From positions 1-55,109 of the forward strand of contig JAQBYL010000001.1 in assembly GCA_027622495.1 (NCBI GenBank): 55,109 nucleotides of DNA, given 5' to 3'. Below the pieces are notes generated by a model that saw only the letters and a program-made list of their open reading frames with translations, was not told the origin of the DNA and ran no database searches. Shown here piece by piece: positions 10,064 to 19,401 of this stretch. The stretch comes from Pseudomonadota bacterium (GTDB lineage Bacteria; Pseudomonadota; Gammaproteobacteria; Pseudomonadales; Azotimanducaceae). The stretch's first letter is position 1. Every line of letters starts with the position of its first letter. The position numbers and the translations under genes were made by a program.

Positions 10064-10885
10064 TCAACCAGCCGCGGGAATGACGGTTGGGAACATTGAC
10101 CCTCCCAGTGGATCACCGGGTTCAAGCCCATGATCGCCCGGCAGAGGCATGGTATGTTTGCGCGGGTTGTAGACTACATCGTCGCCTGCCCAGCGGCTGG
10201 CGAGCGCTCGACGGCGTGTGGTGGTTGATGTGTTCCCTGACGAGCCATGAATGATCAGCGGGTCAAACACCAGGGCATCGCCGGGCTGCATGTTCCAGTC
10301 CAGAAGATCATAGTCGCTCCGGTGCGCGTCTATGTCAGGAAGATCCTCAAGCTCCGGGTTCACCATATAGGCATTAAAGTCTGGTGTGATGGCTTTGTAC
10401 CGGTTAGGCCATTTGTGCGATCCGCGGACATACTCTAGACCACTGGATGATCGGGTAACCGGATCAAGCGGGATCCAGATGCTCACAATCTGCCTTCCGG
10501 ATACCGGCCAGAAGGTCAGATCGTGATGCCACGGTGTGGGAACTTCTGCACCAGGTTCTTTGACGAACAGTTGATCGTACCAGTGGGTTACACGTTCTGA
10601 CCCGAGCACCTGGTGGGCGAGCCCGGCAAGTGGAGAGTCGAACACCACCGAGCGAAAATTATCATCGCGCATCCACATGAAAAGATCACCCATGAACCCG
10701 CGATCTTTCATCGAGACGATGTCACCGATACTGCTCGGTTTGCTGTAAGCATTGTCTATACCCGCTTCGATCCGGCGTAGCCACAGTGCCGGGAGAGCGT
10801 CGCGAACGCAAATTACCCCATCGTCGGCGAACCTTTGAAGTTCGTCTGCACTGAGCCTTCTGAATGGTTTTTCTTGATCTGCCAT
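10064..10885 (-). CDS. Phytanoyl-CoA dioxygenase (PhyH) family Fe(II)/2-oxoglutarate oxygenase
   Basis: Internal ATG at 10885 (MADQEKPF...). 'WHHD' matches an HxD facial-triad motif. 'HGSSGN' lies near the C-terminus. Size is about 270 aa. Confidence 0.75.
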   Translation of the reverse strand: MADQEKPFRRLSADELQRFADDGVICVRDALPALWLRRIEAGIDNAYSKPSSIGDIVSMKDRGFMGDLFMWMRDDNFRSVVFDSPLAGLAHQVLGSERVTHWYDQLFVKEPGAEVPTPWHHDLTFWPVSGRQIVSIWIPLDPVTRSSSGLEYVRGSHKWPNRYKAITPDFNAYMVNPELEDLPDIDAHRSDYDLLDWNMQPGDALVFDPLIIHGSSGNTSTTTRRRALASRWAGDDVVYNPRKHTMPLPGDHGLEPGDPLGGSMFPTVIPAAG

Positions 10886-10951
10886 CAGGTGCGATCCATG
10901 AGTTGAAGCTCCCAGAATGTTACACCAACTGCGCGCTGACCTGATCAATCT

Positions 10952-12313
10952 TCAGGCGGGCGCGGTCGTCGAATCCGGCACCCAGTTACCGTGAAAACCG
11001 TAAGGCACTCTGACCGGTAGATGAACCTGCGCCAGGGCAGGCCGTGCCAGATCCTTTGCATCGAGGATGACCAGGTCAGTGCGGTTGGTGTTTTCGTCGA
11101 ACACATACGTCATCAGATAACCGTCGTCCTCTGCCTGTGCTGTGTCTCTGGGGATGAACACCGGTTCAGCACTATGCCGGCCTGCGCCCATGTCGAATTG
11201 TGTCGCATGGCCCGTCTGCAGGTCCTGTTTATAAATAGAAGGGAAGCTGTAGCCCTCAACCGCCACGGAATACCCGTAACGATATGGTTTGCCATTCAAA
11301 TCCGGATGACAGCGCGGAAACTCCTGCGGTCTTGCATCCACAATCTGTTCGCTGACCGTGCGCGTTCCTGGATTGATGGTCCAGCGATCCAGACGAGGCT
11401 TACTGTCTCCGAACGGTCCGCGGATATCCTGGTCGAACATTCGTTCGTAGCGAACGATGTCGATCACGACATTTCCTTGGACGTCTTCATAGGCGTTCAT
11501 GGGATGGTAGGCGTAGTTCGGTTTAAGCGGGGACCAGATGATGTCGGAGGCTGCACCATTGCGTGGCAGCAAGCCAACACGGGGCTCATGATCGTCGTCC
11601 CAACGGAACGGAAAACTTGCGCCAGTACCCAACGCAACAAAGCTCAATGTCACCGGCAGATCGTAGATCACGGCGTAATTCGCGGTGAGGCTCATGTCGT
11701 GGATCATGGTCATCCCCGGCATCGGGATTTCCGTTTCGTCCGACCACTCACCCTGCGCATCCACCACGACATAGCGGATGTGATCACGCAGATTGGCCCA
11801 GTCGTAGCACATGGCATGCAGTTCACCGGTGTCCGGATCGAGTTTGGGATGAGCCGTGTAACCGGTGCCGATACTTGCGTTTTCGCCAATGGAATCGAGC
11901 GTGTAGCTCATATCTACAGGCATACCCCCGGACTCCACGATTGCAAGCGTTCGACCGCCGTGCCCGATCACATTCGTATTGGCCTGACTGCCGCCCACGT
12001 AGCGGTTGCGATACCACTCGGCTCTGCCATCGTTGAGGCGCAACCCGTGGACCATGCCCCGACCGGTGAACCAGTGGTATGAACCCGTGTCAATTTCACC
12101 GGTGGGATTCGGACCATTGCGCAGAAACCGGCCAATCAACTCGCGAGGAATCGACCCGGTGACCTTGAGATCGGTTACTGTCGACTCGACATCTACGGGG
12201 CCGTAGTTGGCATTCATGTAAGGATTTGGTTCGTTACTCGATCTGGAACAGCCCACCAGACCCAGAAAAGGGAGTGCAAGTCCACCAGTTAAAAGCGTGC
12301 GCCGTTTGATCAT
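10952..12313 (-). CDS. Carotenoid-cleavage / lignostilbene-type dioxygenase family protein, with a Tat-like lipoprotein signal
   Basis: All four iron-ligand His contexts are present: 'YTAHPKLDP', 'MIHDMSLT', 'YAYHPMNAYE', 'YGFHGNWVP'. 'LRNGPNP' lies near the N-terminus. The signal sequence is 'MIKRRTLLTGGLALPFLGLVGCS'. Confidence 0.85.
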   Translation of the reverse strand: MIKRRTLLTGGLALPFLGLVGCSRSSNEPNPYMNANYGPVDVESTVTDLKVTGSIPRELIGRFLRNGPNPTGEIDTGSYHWFTGRGMVHGLRLNDGRAEWYRNRYVGGSQANTNVIGHGGRTLAIVESGGMPVDMSYTLDSIGENASIGTGYTAHPKLDPDTGELHAMCYDWANLRDHIRYVVVDAQGEWSDETEIPMPGMTMIHDMSLTANYAVIYDLPVTLSFVALGTGASFPFRWDDDHEPRVGLLPRNGAASDIIWSPLKPNYAYHPMNAYEDVQGNVVIDIVRYERMFDQDIRGPFGDSKPRLDRWTINPGTRTVSEQIVDARPQEFPRCHPDLNGKPYRYGYSVAVEGYSFPSIYKQDLQTGHATQFDMGAGRHSAEPVFIPRDTAQAEDDGYLMTYVFDENTNRTDLVILDAKDLARPALAQVHLPVRVPYGFHGNWVPDSTTAPA

Positions 12314-12448
12314 ACCGTGGTCCAGCGAGGTTACATTTTCGTAGACTACTACAGAACTGGCCACAGCATCAGGTGTTTGGCATCATCGAGTGGGTTCTCA
12401 AGTAAAACCGGTGGCAATCATCGACATCACCATGCGCAGAAAATCGGC

Positions 12449-13624
12449 ATGAAAACTTCCGTGGTCATTGTTGGCGGTGGTCCGGCAGGTCTGCTCCTTT
12501 CGCAGCGTCTGCACCAGCAGGGTGTTGAGAACATCGTCTGCGAAAGTCAGACCAGAGAATATGTGCTCGAACGAATACGCGCAGGTGTGCTCGAGTGGGG
12601 TAGCGTGGAAGTCCTGCGTGATTCCGGCGTGGGTGAGCGGATGGACCGGGAAGGTCATGTGCATGATGGAAGCGATATCGTCTGGGCTGGCCAACATCGG
12701 CTGAAGATGAATACCCGCAAGTTTACGGATCGCCCAATGATGGCCTACGGTCAGACGAATATTACCGAAGATCTGTATGCGGCACGGGACGCGATGGGCG
12801 GCCAGATCATTCACCAGGCTCAGGATGTGGCGCTGCACGATCTGACCGGTGACAGGCCGTTCGTCACCTTCACCAGGGCTGGGGCGCAGGAGCGCATTGA
12901 TTGCGATTTCATCGCTGGCTGTGATGGCTTTCATGGCGTCAGTCGTCGCAGCATTCCCGATGGGGAACGATCGGAATATGAAAAGGTATATCCGTTCGGC
13001 TGGTTAGGCATCCTGTCGGAGACGCCGCCTCTTCCCGATATCATTTACGCCAATACAGAAAGGGGGTTTGCCCTGTGCTCCCAGCGTAACGCCATGCTGA
13101 GTCGCTATTATGTGCAATGTACGCTTGACACTGATATCAACGACTGGCCGGATGATCGCTTCTGGAGGGAACTGAAGGCACGATTTCCGAAGGATCTCGC
13201 CGACGCGATCGTTACCGGCCCGTCAATTGAGAAGTCCATCGCGCCCCTGCGTAGTTTTGTTGTGGAGCCGATGGCGTACGGCCGTTTGTTTCTGGCCGGA
13301 GATGCTGCACACATCGTTCCACCCACTGGTGCTAAGGGCCTTAACCTGGCAATTTCTGATGTGTTTTATCTTTCCCGTGCCCTGTGTGCGCACTATCGGC
13401 AAGGCAATGATGCCTATCTTGAGAGTTACTCAGATATGGCCCTGCGACGGGTCTGGGGGGCTGCGCGATTTTCCTGGTGGTTGACCAGCCTTCTGCATCG
13501 TTTTCCTGATCAGGGTGCGTTCGACTTGCGCGCGCAGCAGCAGGAACTGGCGTATCTGTCGGCTTCAGAAAGTTATATGAAAGCGGTCTGCGAGCAATAC
13601 GCGGGCCTGCCGTTCGAGGTCTGA
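12449..13624 (+). CDS. pobA: 4-hydroxybenzoate 3-monooxygenase
   Basis: Translation from the ATG at 12449 gives 391 aa. N-terminus is 'MKTSVVIVGGGPAGLLLSQRLHQQGV'. 'RIRAGVLE', 'LAGDAAHIVPPTGAKGLNLA' and 'YS...CLRRVW'-type blocks are characteristic of PobA. Confidence 0.85.
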   Translation: MKTSVVIVGGGPAGLLLSQRLHQQGVENIVCESQTREYVLERIRAGVLEWGSVEVLRDSGVGERMDREGHVHDGSDIVWAGQHRLKMNTRKFTDRPMMAYGQTNITEDLYAARDAMGGQIIHQAQDVALHDLTGDRPFVTFTRAGAQERIDCDFIAGCDGFHGVSRRSIPDGERSEYEKVYPFGWLGILSETPPLPDIIYANTERGFALCSQRNAMLSRYYVQCTLDTDINDWPDDRFWRELKARFPKDLADAIVTGPSIEKSIAPLRSFVVEPMAYGRLFLAGDAAHIVPPTGAKGLNLAISDVFYLSRALCAHYRQGNDAYLESYSDMALRRVWGAARFSWWLTSLLHRFPDQGAFDLRAQQQELAYLSASESYMKAVCEQYAGLPFEV

Positions 13625-13704
13625 CCGACGCGTTCATCGGTGCTTCATTGCAAAAAACCCGTGCTAAGATCAGACGCTTGATTTTGCAGGGCATGGGGAG
13701 CGAC

Positions 13705-14898
13705 ATGAAACCGTTAGAAGGCATTAGAGTGCTTGAATTTTCGACCATGATCACCGCGTCATTTGCGGCGATGATGATGGCCGAACAGGGCGCCAGCGTG
13801 ATCAAGGTCGAACCCCTTGAACTCGGTGATCCCATGCGTTTCCTCGGCAGCAGCAAGGGGGGTATATCTGCCTTGTTTGCAAACTGTAACCGGGGCAAAC
13901 AGTCGCTGCGTCTCGACATCAAAGCCGACGCGGGCAAACAGATCATCAAGGATCTGGCGCAGCATACCGATGTCGTCCTGTGTAACTTCCGACCCGGTGT
14001 GATGGACGCGCTTGGCCTTGGCAGCGAAACCCTGCGCGGTATCAACCCACGGCTGATCTACGCAGGTATCTCCGGTTTCGGCACCGAGGGTCCGGAGCGG
14101 GATACGCCGGCCTACGACCCGATCATTCAGGCGCAGGCAGGTTTTACTGCGGTGCAGGGTCAGGGTCAGGCTGGACCTCAGTTCGTGCGGAATCTGACTT
14201 GTGACAAGGTCACCGCCTACACTGCCTGTCAGGCGGTCACAGCCGCCTTGTATGTTCGTGAGAAGACGGGTGAAGGTCAGCATATTGATCTGTCCATGAT
14301 GGACGCCGGTCTCTTCTTTCTGTTTCCGGATGGTTTCATGCATCAGACGCTGCTCGACGATGATGTGGATCACGTGCCGCCGTTGAGTGAGATCGCGTAC
14401 ACCCTGACTGTGACAAAGGATGGGGGCGTAACACTGTCGGCGGCGAATCAGGCACAGCTGGTAGGTCTGCTTGCAGCGATTGATCAGCTGTCTCTTTTTG
14501 CAGATGAGCGCTTCAACAGTCAGGAAAAGCTAATCGCGAATATCGATGCGTTCCGCGATCTGTTGAAGGAAAAATTCCTTGAGTTTGAAACCGACGAATT
14601 ACTGGCGAAACTCAAAGCACACGATGTTCCGGCCGCAAAATGTCTGGACTACCAGGAGGTACTGGACCATCCCCAGTACGCGGCCAACGGCAGTATTGAT
14701 GTGGTAAAGCACCCGATCATGGGCGACATGCGCCGCGTCAAATCTCCTGCGCAGTTCCAGGGCAAGCGTCTGGACCCAGCCGCAAACAGCCCGGCTCATG
14801 GCGAAAATACCCGCGAAGTGCTTGCCCAACTGGGTCGGTCAGACCAGGAAATTGACGCCCTGATCGAGCAGGGTGTGGCTAAAACCATGGAAGCGTAG
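13705..14898 (+). CDS. Family III (CaiB/BaiF) CoA-transferase, canonical active site
   Basis: 'LEGIRVLEFSTMITASFAAMMMAEQGASVIKVEP' and 'ISGFGTEGP...PAYDPIIQAQAG' are present. The conserved catalytic Asp codon is at 14116-14118. Confidence 0.9.
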   Translation: MKPLEGIRVLEFSTMITASFAAMMMAEQGASVIKVEPLELGDPMRFLGSSKGGISALFANCNRGKQSLRLDIKADAGKQIIKDLAQHTDVVLCNFRPGVMDALGLGSETLRGINPRLIYAGISGFGTEGPERDTPAYDPIIQAQAGFTAVQGQGQAGPQFVRNLTCDKVTAYTACQAVTAALYVREKTGEGQHIDLSMMDAGLFFLFPDGFMHQTLLDDDVDHVPPLSEIAYTLTVTKDGGVTLSAANQAQLVGLLAAIDQLSLFADERFNSQEKLIANIDAFRDLLKEKFLEFETDELLAKLKAHDVPAAKCLDYQEVLDHPQYAANGSIDVVKHPIMGDMRRVKSPAQFQGKRLDPAANSPAHGENTREVLAQLGRSDQEIDALIEQGVAKTMEA

Positions 14899-14905
14899 GT
14901 GAGGT

Positions 14906-16459
14906 ATGGGTTGGCAAAGTGATGTCGATGAGCTGAATCGTCAGAAGAAGATGGCGCAGCAGATGGGTGGTGCGGAGGGTGTCGCATTTCAGCACAGCCG
15001 TAACAAGCTCACGGTTCGGGAACGGATCGATCTGCTGGCAGACAGCGGGTCTTTTCAGGAAATCGGCACCCTCGCGGGAACGGCCACCTGGGAGGGAGAT
15101 CGGGTTGCCGATCTCAAACCATCCAACACCATCATTGGAACCTGCAAGGTCGAAGGTCGAAAAGTTGCCTTTTGTGGTGGCGACTTCACCATCCGTGGCG
15201 GTGCGGCTGACGCGACCATCGGGAACAAGCGTGGTCACATAGAAGACTTTGCGCTTAAAGCCAGAATCCCCTTTATACATCTGTTGGACTCCACCGGAGG
15301 AAGTGTTAAGACATTCGAGCAGATAGGTCGAACCTATCTGCCCGGCGACAGTACTGGCGGTGGCCGTTTAGCCGAGATGTTAGATACGGTGCCTGTTGCG
15401 AGTGCGGTACTTGGTTCGGTGGCGGGGCTACCTGCTGTGCAGGCCTGTCTGTGTCACTTCAACGTGATGGTTAAAAAGACCAGCCAGGTTTTTGTCGCCG
15501 GTCCTAAGGGGGTTGAACAGGCGACCGGACGGGCCATCACCAAAGAAGATCTGGGGGATGAGCGGATCCAGGTTAAAAACGGCGTGATTATGAATCTTGC
15601 CGAAAACGAGCAGGATGCAATCGATCAGATCAAGTGCTTTTTATCCTACTTGCCCGGCAGCGTGTATGAAGCACCCCCGAGAACGCCATGCAATGATGAT
15701 CCCGAGCGGCGCGATGATGCGCTGCTGAACATCGTTCCGCAAAACCGCAGGCAGATCTATGAACCCAGGAAGATCCTGACAGCAGTGCTCGATCATGGCA
15801 GCTTCTTCGAAATAGGCCCGTTTTACGGCCGGGCCCGGGTGACCGGTCTTGCCAGGGTTAACGGTATACCCTGTGGCGTGATGAGTAATAACCCCAAGTT
15901 CAACGGTGGCTCAATGGATATTGCCGCCGGGGAAAAGACCCTTCGTCTGCTTGATCTGTGTGACACTTTTCATCTGCCGCTGGTGTACTTTGCTGATGAG
16001 CCGGGTTTTTCGGTAGGGCGAGCCCAGGAAGAAGCCGGAATCATCCGCGCAGGGGCCAGAATCGTGACGGCAATGTCTGCCAGCCGCACACCCTATATCA
16101 CCTTCGTTGTTCGCCAGCTGTATGGTGTTGCTGGAGGGTTGCACAATCGCCACGATGGATTCTCCCGGCGTTATGCCTGGCCATCGACGCATGGCGGATC
16201 GATGCATATTGAAGGTGGAACCGCCATCGCCTACAAACGGGAAATCGAAGGGGCAGAGGATCCGGACGCAAAGCGCGCCGAAATTGAAGCGCGCCTGCAG
16301 GCGATATCTTCGCCGTTCCGGAATGCTCATGCGTTTGGAATCGAAGACATTATCGATCCCCGCGACACCCGACCGCTGCTGGTGGATTTTCTGGAAGATG
16401 CCTGGCGGATGTTGCCGTCTCAGCTTGGTCGACGGGCAGGGTCCAGCTACAGACCCTGA
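14906..16459 (+). CDS. Acyl-CoA carboxylase carboxyltransferase (beta) subunit / decarboxylase alpha-type protein
   Basis: 517 aa. 'KLTVRERIDLLADSGSFQEIG', 'FCGGDFTIRGGAAD' and 'LLDSTGG' are present. The C-terminal half has the second crotonase-like domain ('YFADEPGF', 'RQLYGVAGG'). Confidence 0.85.
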   Translation: MGWQSDVDELNRQKKMAQQMGGAEGVAFQHSRNKLTVRERIDLLADSGSFQEIGTLAGTATWEGDRVADLKPSNTIIGTCKVEGRKVAFCGGDFTIRGGAADATIGNKRGHIEDFALKARIPFIHLLDSTGGSVKTFEQIGRTYLPGDSTGGGRLAEMLDTVPVASAVLGSVAGLPAVQACLCHFNVMVKKTSQVFVAGPKGVEQATGRAITKEDLGDERIQVKNGVIMNLAENEQDAIDQIKCFLSYLPGSVYEAPPRTPCNDDPERRDDALLNIVPQNRRQIYEPRKILTAVLDHGSFFEIGPFYGRARVTGLARVNGIPCGVMSNNPKFNGGSMDIAAGEKTLRLLDLCDTFHLPLVYFADEPGFSVGRAQEEAGIIRAGARIVTAMSASRTPYITFVVRQLYGVAGGLHNRHDGFSRRYAWPSTHGGSMHIEGGTAIAYKREIEGAEDPDAKRAEIEARLQAISSPFRNAHAFGIEDIIDPRDTRPLLVDFLEDAWRMLPSQLGRRAGSSYRP

Positions 16460-16510
16460 TCTCGTGCGTGTAGGGTATAATTTCGGGCGATCTACGAAGG
16501 TCGTAAGAAC

Positions 16511-16945
16511 ATGCGTGAATTCATTGGTTACCGGCTGCCAGTGCTGCTCTACAGCGTGGTGGGTATTGGCTATGTGTTTCAGGGTATCCGCTACCTGTCT
16601 ACCTCTGTGATCATGCCGTATCACCTGGCCGTGGTGAACGGAACCTGGGAGCAGGTTGCAGCGGAATATCAGACTCTGCTGCTGGGTCTGCTGAAGGGTT
16701 TCGGTGCCGGTTCTCTCGCGGCGGGGATCGGTGTTTTACTCCTCGCCCTGGTGCCGCTGCGTTCCGGTCGGCGCTGGGCGCGCTGGACCACACCTGTTCT
16801 CGCCGGTACGTACGCTGCTTCGCTTGTCTATGTAACCCGGATCACGCTGCTGCCTGATGCGCCACCCATTCTGATCAGCCAGATCGTTCTCGCTCTTACG
16901 CTGCTGGCGTGGCTGTGTTCGTTAACCCGCAAGGCATCAGTCTGA
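16511..16945 (+). CDS. Small integral membrane protein, unknown function
   Basis: 144 aa with about 4 hydrophobic segments. A TATAAT hexamer lies at 16476-16481 upstream. No family was recognised. Confidence 0.5.
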   Translation: MREFIGYRLPVLLYSVVGIGYVFQGIRYLSTSVIMPYHLAVVNGTWEQVAAEYQTLLLGLLKGFGAGSLAAGIGVLLLALVPLRSGRRWARWTTPVLAGTYAASLVYVTRITLLPDAPPILISQIVLALTLLAWLCSLTRKASV

Positions 16946-17037
16946 CCTGAGGTAAGGGATCCATCCCATGGGGTTTGTACGATCACGGGGTCTCGATGCA
17001 GTAACATAGCCAGCCCGAAAACAACAAAGGAGTTCGC

Positions 17038-17913
17038 ATGAAAGTAGGTCTGGCGTTCGCAAGCAGTATAGCCATCAACGGAGCCGACGCCCTGACACTG
17101 TGTCGTCGCGCCGAAGCAGCCGGTTTTGAATCGGTATGGGGTGGCGAACATGTGGTGCTACCCGACTCGATCGCGTCCCGTTACCCCTACACGCCGGACG
17201 GAAAGATACCGGCCGAGCCGGATACCCCGATCCCCGATCCGTTGATCTGGCTTGCCTTTGCTGCCGCCGCCGCCCCAACACTCCGGCTGGGCACCTGCAT
17301 TCTGATCGTTCCGCAACGCAATCCGCTCATTCTGGCAAAAGAACTGGCGACCCTCGATCAGCTGTCGGGCGGTCGGGTCGAACTCGGCCTGGGGGTCGGC
17401 TGGATGCAGGAAGAATTTGATGCCCTGGGTGTGCCATGGGAGCGTCGCGGTGCCCGCAATGATGAGTACATCGCCGCAATGCGCGCGTTGTGGGCAGGGC
17501 CACATGCGGAGTTTCATGGTGAGTTCGTCGACTTCGCGCCCGCCACCTGCAGTCCCCGGCCGGTGAACGGTTCGATCCCGGTGCTTGTGGGGGGTGATAC
17601 CGATGCCGCGATATCGAGGGCTGTTCGGATTGCCGATGGCTATTTTCCTGGCGAAGGCGATGCCGAGCGTCTCGGCGCGCTGCTTAAGCGTGTGCACCAG
17701 GCGGCGGAAAAGGCGGATCGCGATCCAAAGAGCATTGAGATTAACGCGATGTTCGGCATTCAGATGATGGATCCCGCAGCCGGTGTAGAGCAGATGGCGT
17801 CCCTTGGTGTTGGCCGGATCATGATTCCGGCGTTCTTTTTTGCAGGCGATGGCGGCCTCGATCGCCTCGATGAGTTTGCCGAGAAGGTGATGCCACTCAC
17901 GCGTAACAACTAA
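17038..17913 (+). CDS. Luciferase-like monooxygenase (LLM) class flavin/F420-dependent oxidoreductase
   Basis: 'AEAAGFESVWGGEHVV', 'GGRVELGLGVGW' and 'EEFDALGVPWERRG' are typical LLM TIM-barrel blocks. Shine-Dalgarno AAAGGAG lies upstream. Confidence 0.8.
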   Translation: MKVGLAFASSIAINGADALTLCRRAEAAGFESVWGGEHVVLPDSIASRYPYTPDGKIPAEPDTPIPDPLIWLAFAAAAAPTLRLGTCILIVPQRNPLILAKELATLDQLSGGRVELGLGVGWMQEEFDALGVPWERRGARNDEYIAAMRALWAGPHAEFHGEFVDFAPATCSPRPVNGSIPVLVGGDTDAAISRAVRIADGYFPGEGDAERLGALLKRVHQAAEKADRDPKSIEINAMFGIQMMDPAAGVEQMASLGVGRIMIPAFFFAGDGGLDRLDEFAEKVMPLTRNN

Positions 17914-17947
17914 GTAAAAGGGTTCATCCCATGCAGTATCTGCGGAC

Positions 17948-19378
17948 TTGAGCACGCGACGTCTGACCTTCCCAACCATGTTTGCATGGGGGTTGGGGCA
18001 AGCCGCCGAAGGCATGAAGAACCAGGCCTTCGGCGTTTTTCTGTTGTTCTACTATCAACAGGTGATCGGCATCCCGGGCTGGATGGCGGGTCTCGCGCTG
18101 GGCATCGCCCTGGTTTTCGACGCCGTGACCGATCCTGTCGCCGGTGTGGTTAGTGATCGTTTCCGCAGTCGCTGGGGACGCCGCCATCCGTTCATGTTTG
18201 TTTCGGCGTTTCCGCTCGGTATCAGCTTCGTCGCGCTTTTTGCGCCGCCAGGTTTTCTTAACGAGTTTGGTTACTTTCTGTGGCTCACTCTGTTTGCCGT
18301 TCTGGTGCGGGGTTCACTGACCTTCTACTACGTCCCGCATCTGGCGCTGGGTGCGGAGATGGCACGGGACTACAACCAGCGTTCCACCTTGTTTGCATTC
18401 GGTACCGTCCTGTCTGTGACCGCCATGGCCGTGGTCAGCTTCGTCGGTTACCGCATGTTTTTCCCAACCACAGAACTGTTTGATCCGGGGACCTTGAATC
18501 CGGATCGCTACCTGCCGTTTTCCGCATTTTTTGCCGTGCTCATGGTGATCAGCATTCTGGTCTGCTGTTTCGGCACGCGCAAAGAAATTCCCTTCCTGCG
18601 GGATGCTGGTGTTCCGCGGACCCTCACACTACGCAGTGTGATCAAAGACTTCGGTGACGTGTTCAGCAACCGGTCTTACCGGGTCATCTTTGTGGGCATG
18701 CTTCTGTCTACGTTTGCCATCGCCGTAGAAGGCATCTTGAGCCCTTTCATGGGCGTGCACTTCTGGGGCCTCAAAACCGAAGCGCTCGGTCTGATCTCCA
18801 TCGCGACCTTTGTGGGTTTATGGATTGGTCTGCCGCTCGCGCCTTTGATCACCCGAATACTGGACAAGAAGCTCGCACTCATTCTTCCCGCGATTGTGGT
18901 GGTGGTGAACGCCAACGCCGCCCTTTGCATGCGCCTGCTCGATGTAAGCTGGTTTCCCGACAACGATTCACCCTGGATATTCTGGATATTTTTCGCCCGC
19001 TACCTCGTGCAGGGGATCTGTCTGCCGGTGATCTTCGCCACCTTTAATTCGATGTTTGCCGATATATCTGACGAGGTCGCTCTGGACACAGGCGTGCGGC
19101 GTGAAGGGGTTATTTACTCAGCGCGCTCTTTTTCGAGCAAAGCGGTTGCAGCAATCGGCGCCCTGCTCGGCGGCATTGTGCTGGACCTGATCGAGTTCCC
19201 GCGCGGTGCGCTGGCCGGTAGCGTTGCACCGGACACGGTCTGGATGCTGGGCCTTGTGGAAGGTCCGGTGACCTCGGTGGTATCGATCATTGGCGTGATG
19301 TTCTACTTCCGCTACCGGATCGATCGAAAACGGCATGCCGAAATCCTCGAAGGGCTCAATCGTCAGGAAGCGACCTGA
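17948..19378 (+). CDS. MFS-type transporter (GPH/sugar-cation symporter-like)
   Basis: 476 aa with about 12 hydrophobic segments. The 'DPVAGVVSDRFRSRWGRRHPF' motif is typical of the loop 2-3 in GPH/MFS carriers. TTG start. Confidence 0.8.
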   Translation: MSTRRLTFPTMFAWGLGQAAEGMKNQAFGVFLLFYYQQVIGIPGWMAGLALGIALVFDAVTDPVAGVVSDRFRSRWGRRHPFMFVSAFPLGISFVALFAPPGFLNEFGYFLWLTLFAVLVRGSLTFYYVPHLALGAEMARDYNQRSTLFAFGTVLSVTAMAVVSFVGYRMFFPTTELFDPGTLNPDRYLPFSAFFAVLMVISILVCCFGTRKEIPFLRDAGVPRTLTLRSVIKDFGDVFSNRSYRVIFVGMLLSTFAIAVEGILSPFMGVHFWGLKTEALGLISIATFVGLWIGLPLAPLITRILDKKLALILPAIVVVVNANAALCMRLLDVSWFPDNDSPWIFWIFFARYLVQGICLPVIFATFNSMFADISDEVALDTGVRREGVIYSARSFSSKAVAAIGALLGGIVLDLIEFPRGALAGSVAPDTVWMLGLVEGPVTSVVSIIGVMFYFRYRIDRKRHAEILEGLNRQEAT

Positions 19379-19401
19379 CGGTTTCGCGTAAGCCCTTTGT
19401 T

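Noticed and set aside
10118-10129. A tRNA T-arm-like string GGGTTCAAGCCC.
   Set aside because: It lies inside the PhyH coding sequence. There is no acceptor or anticodon stem complementarity around it.
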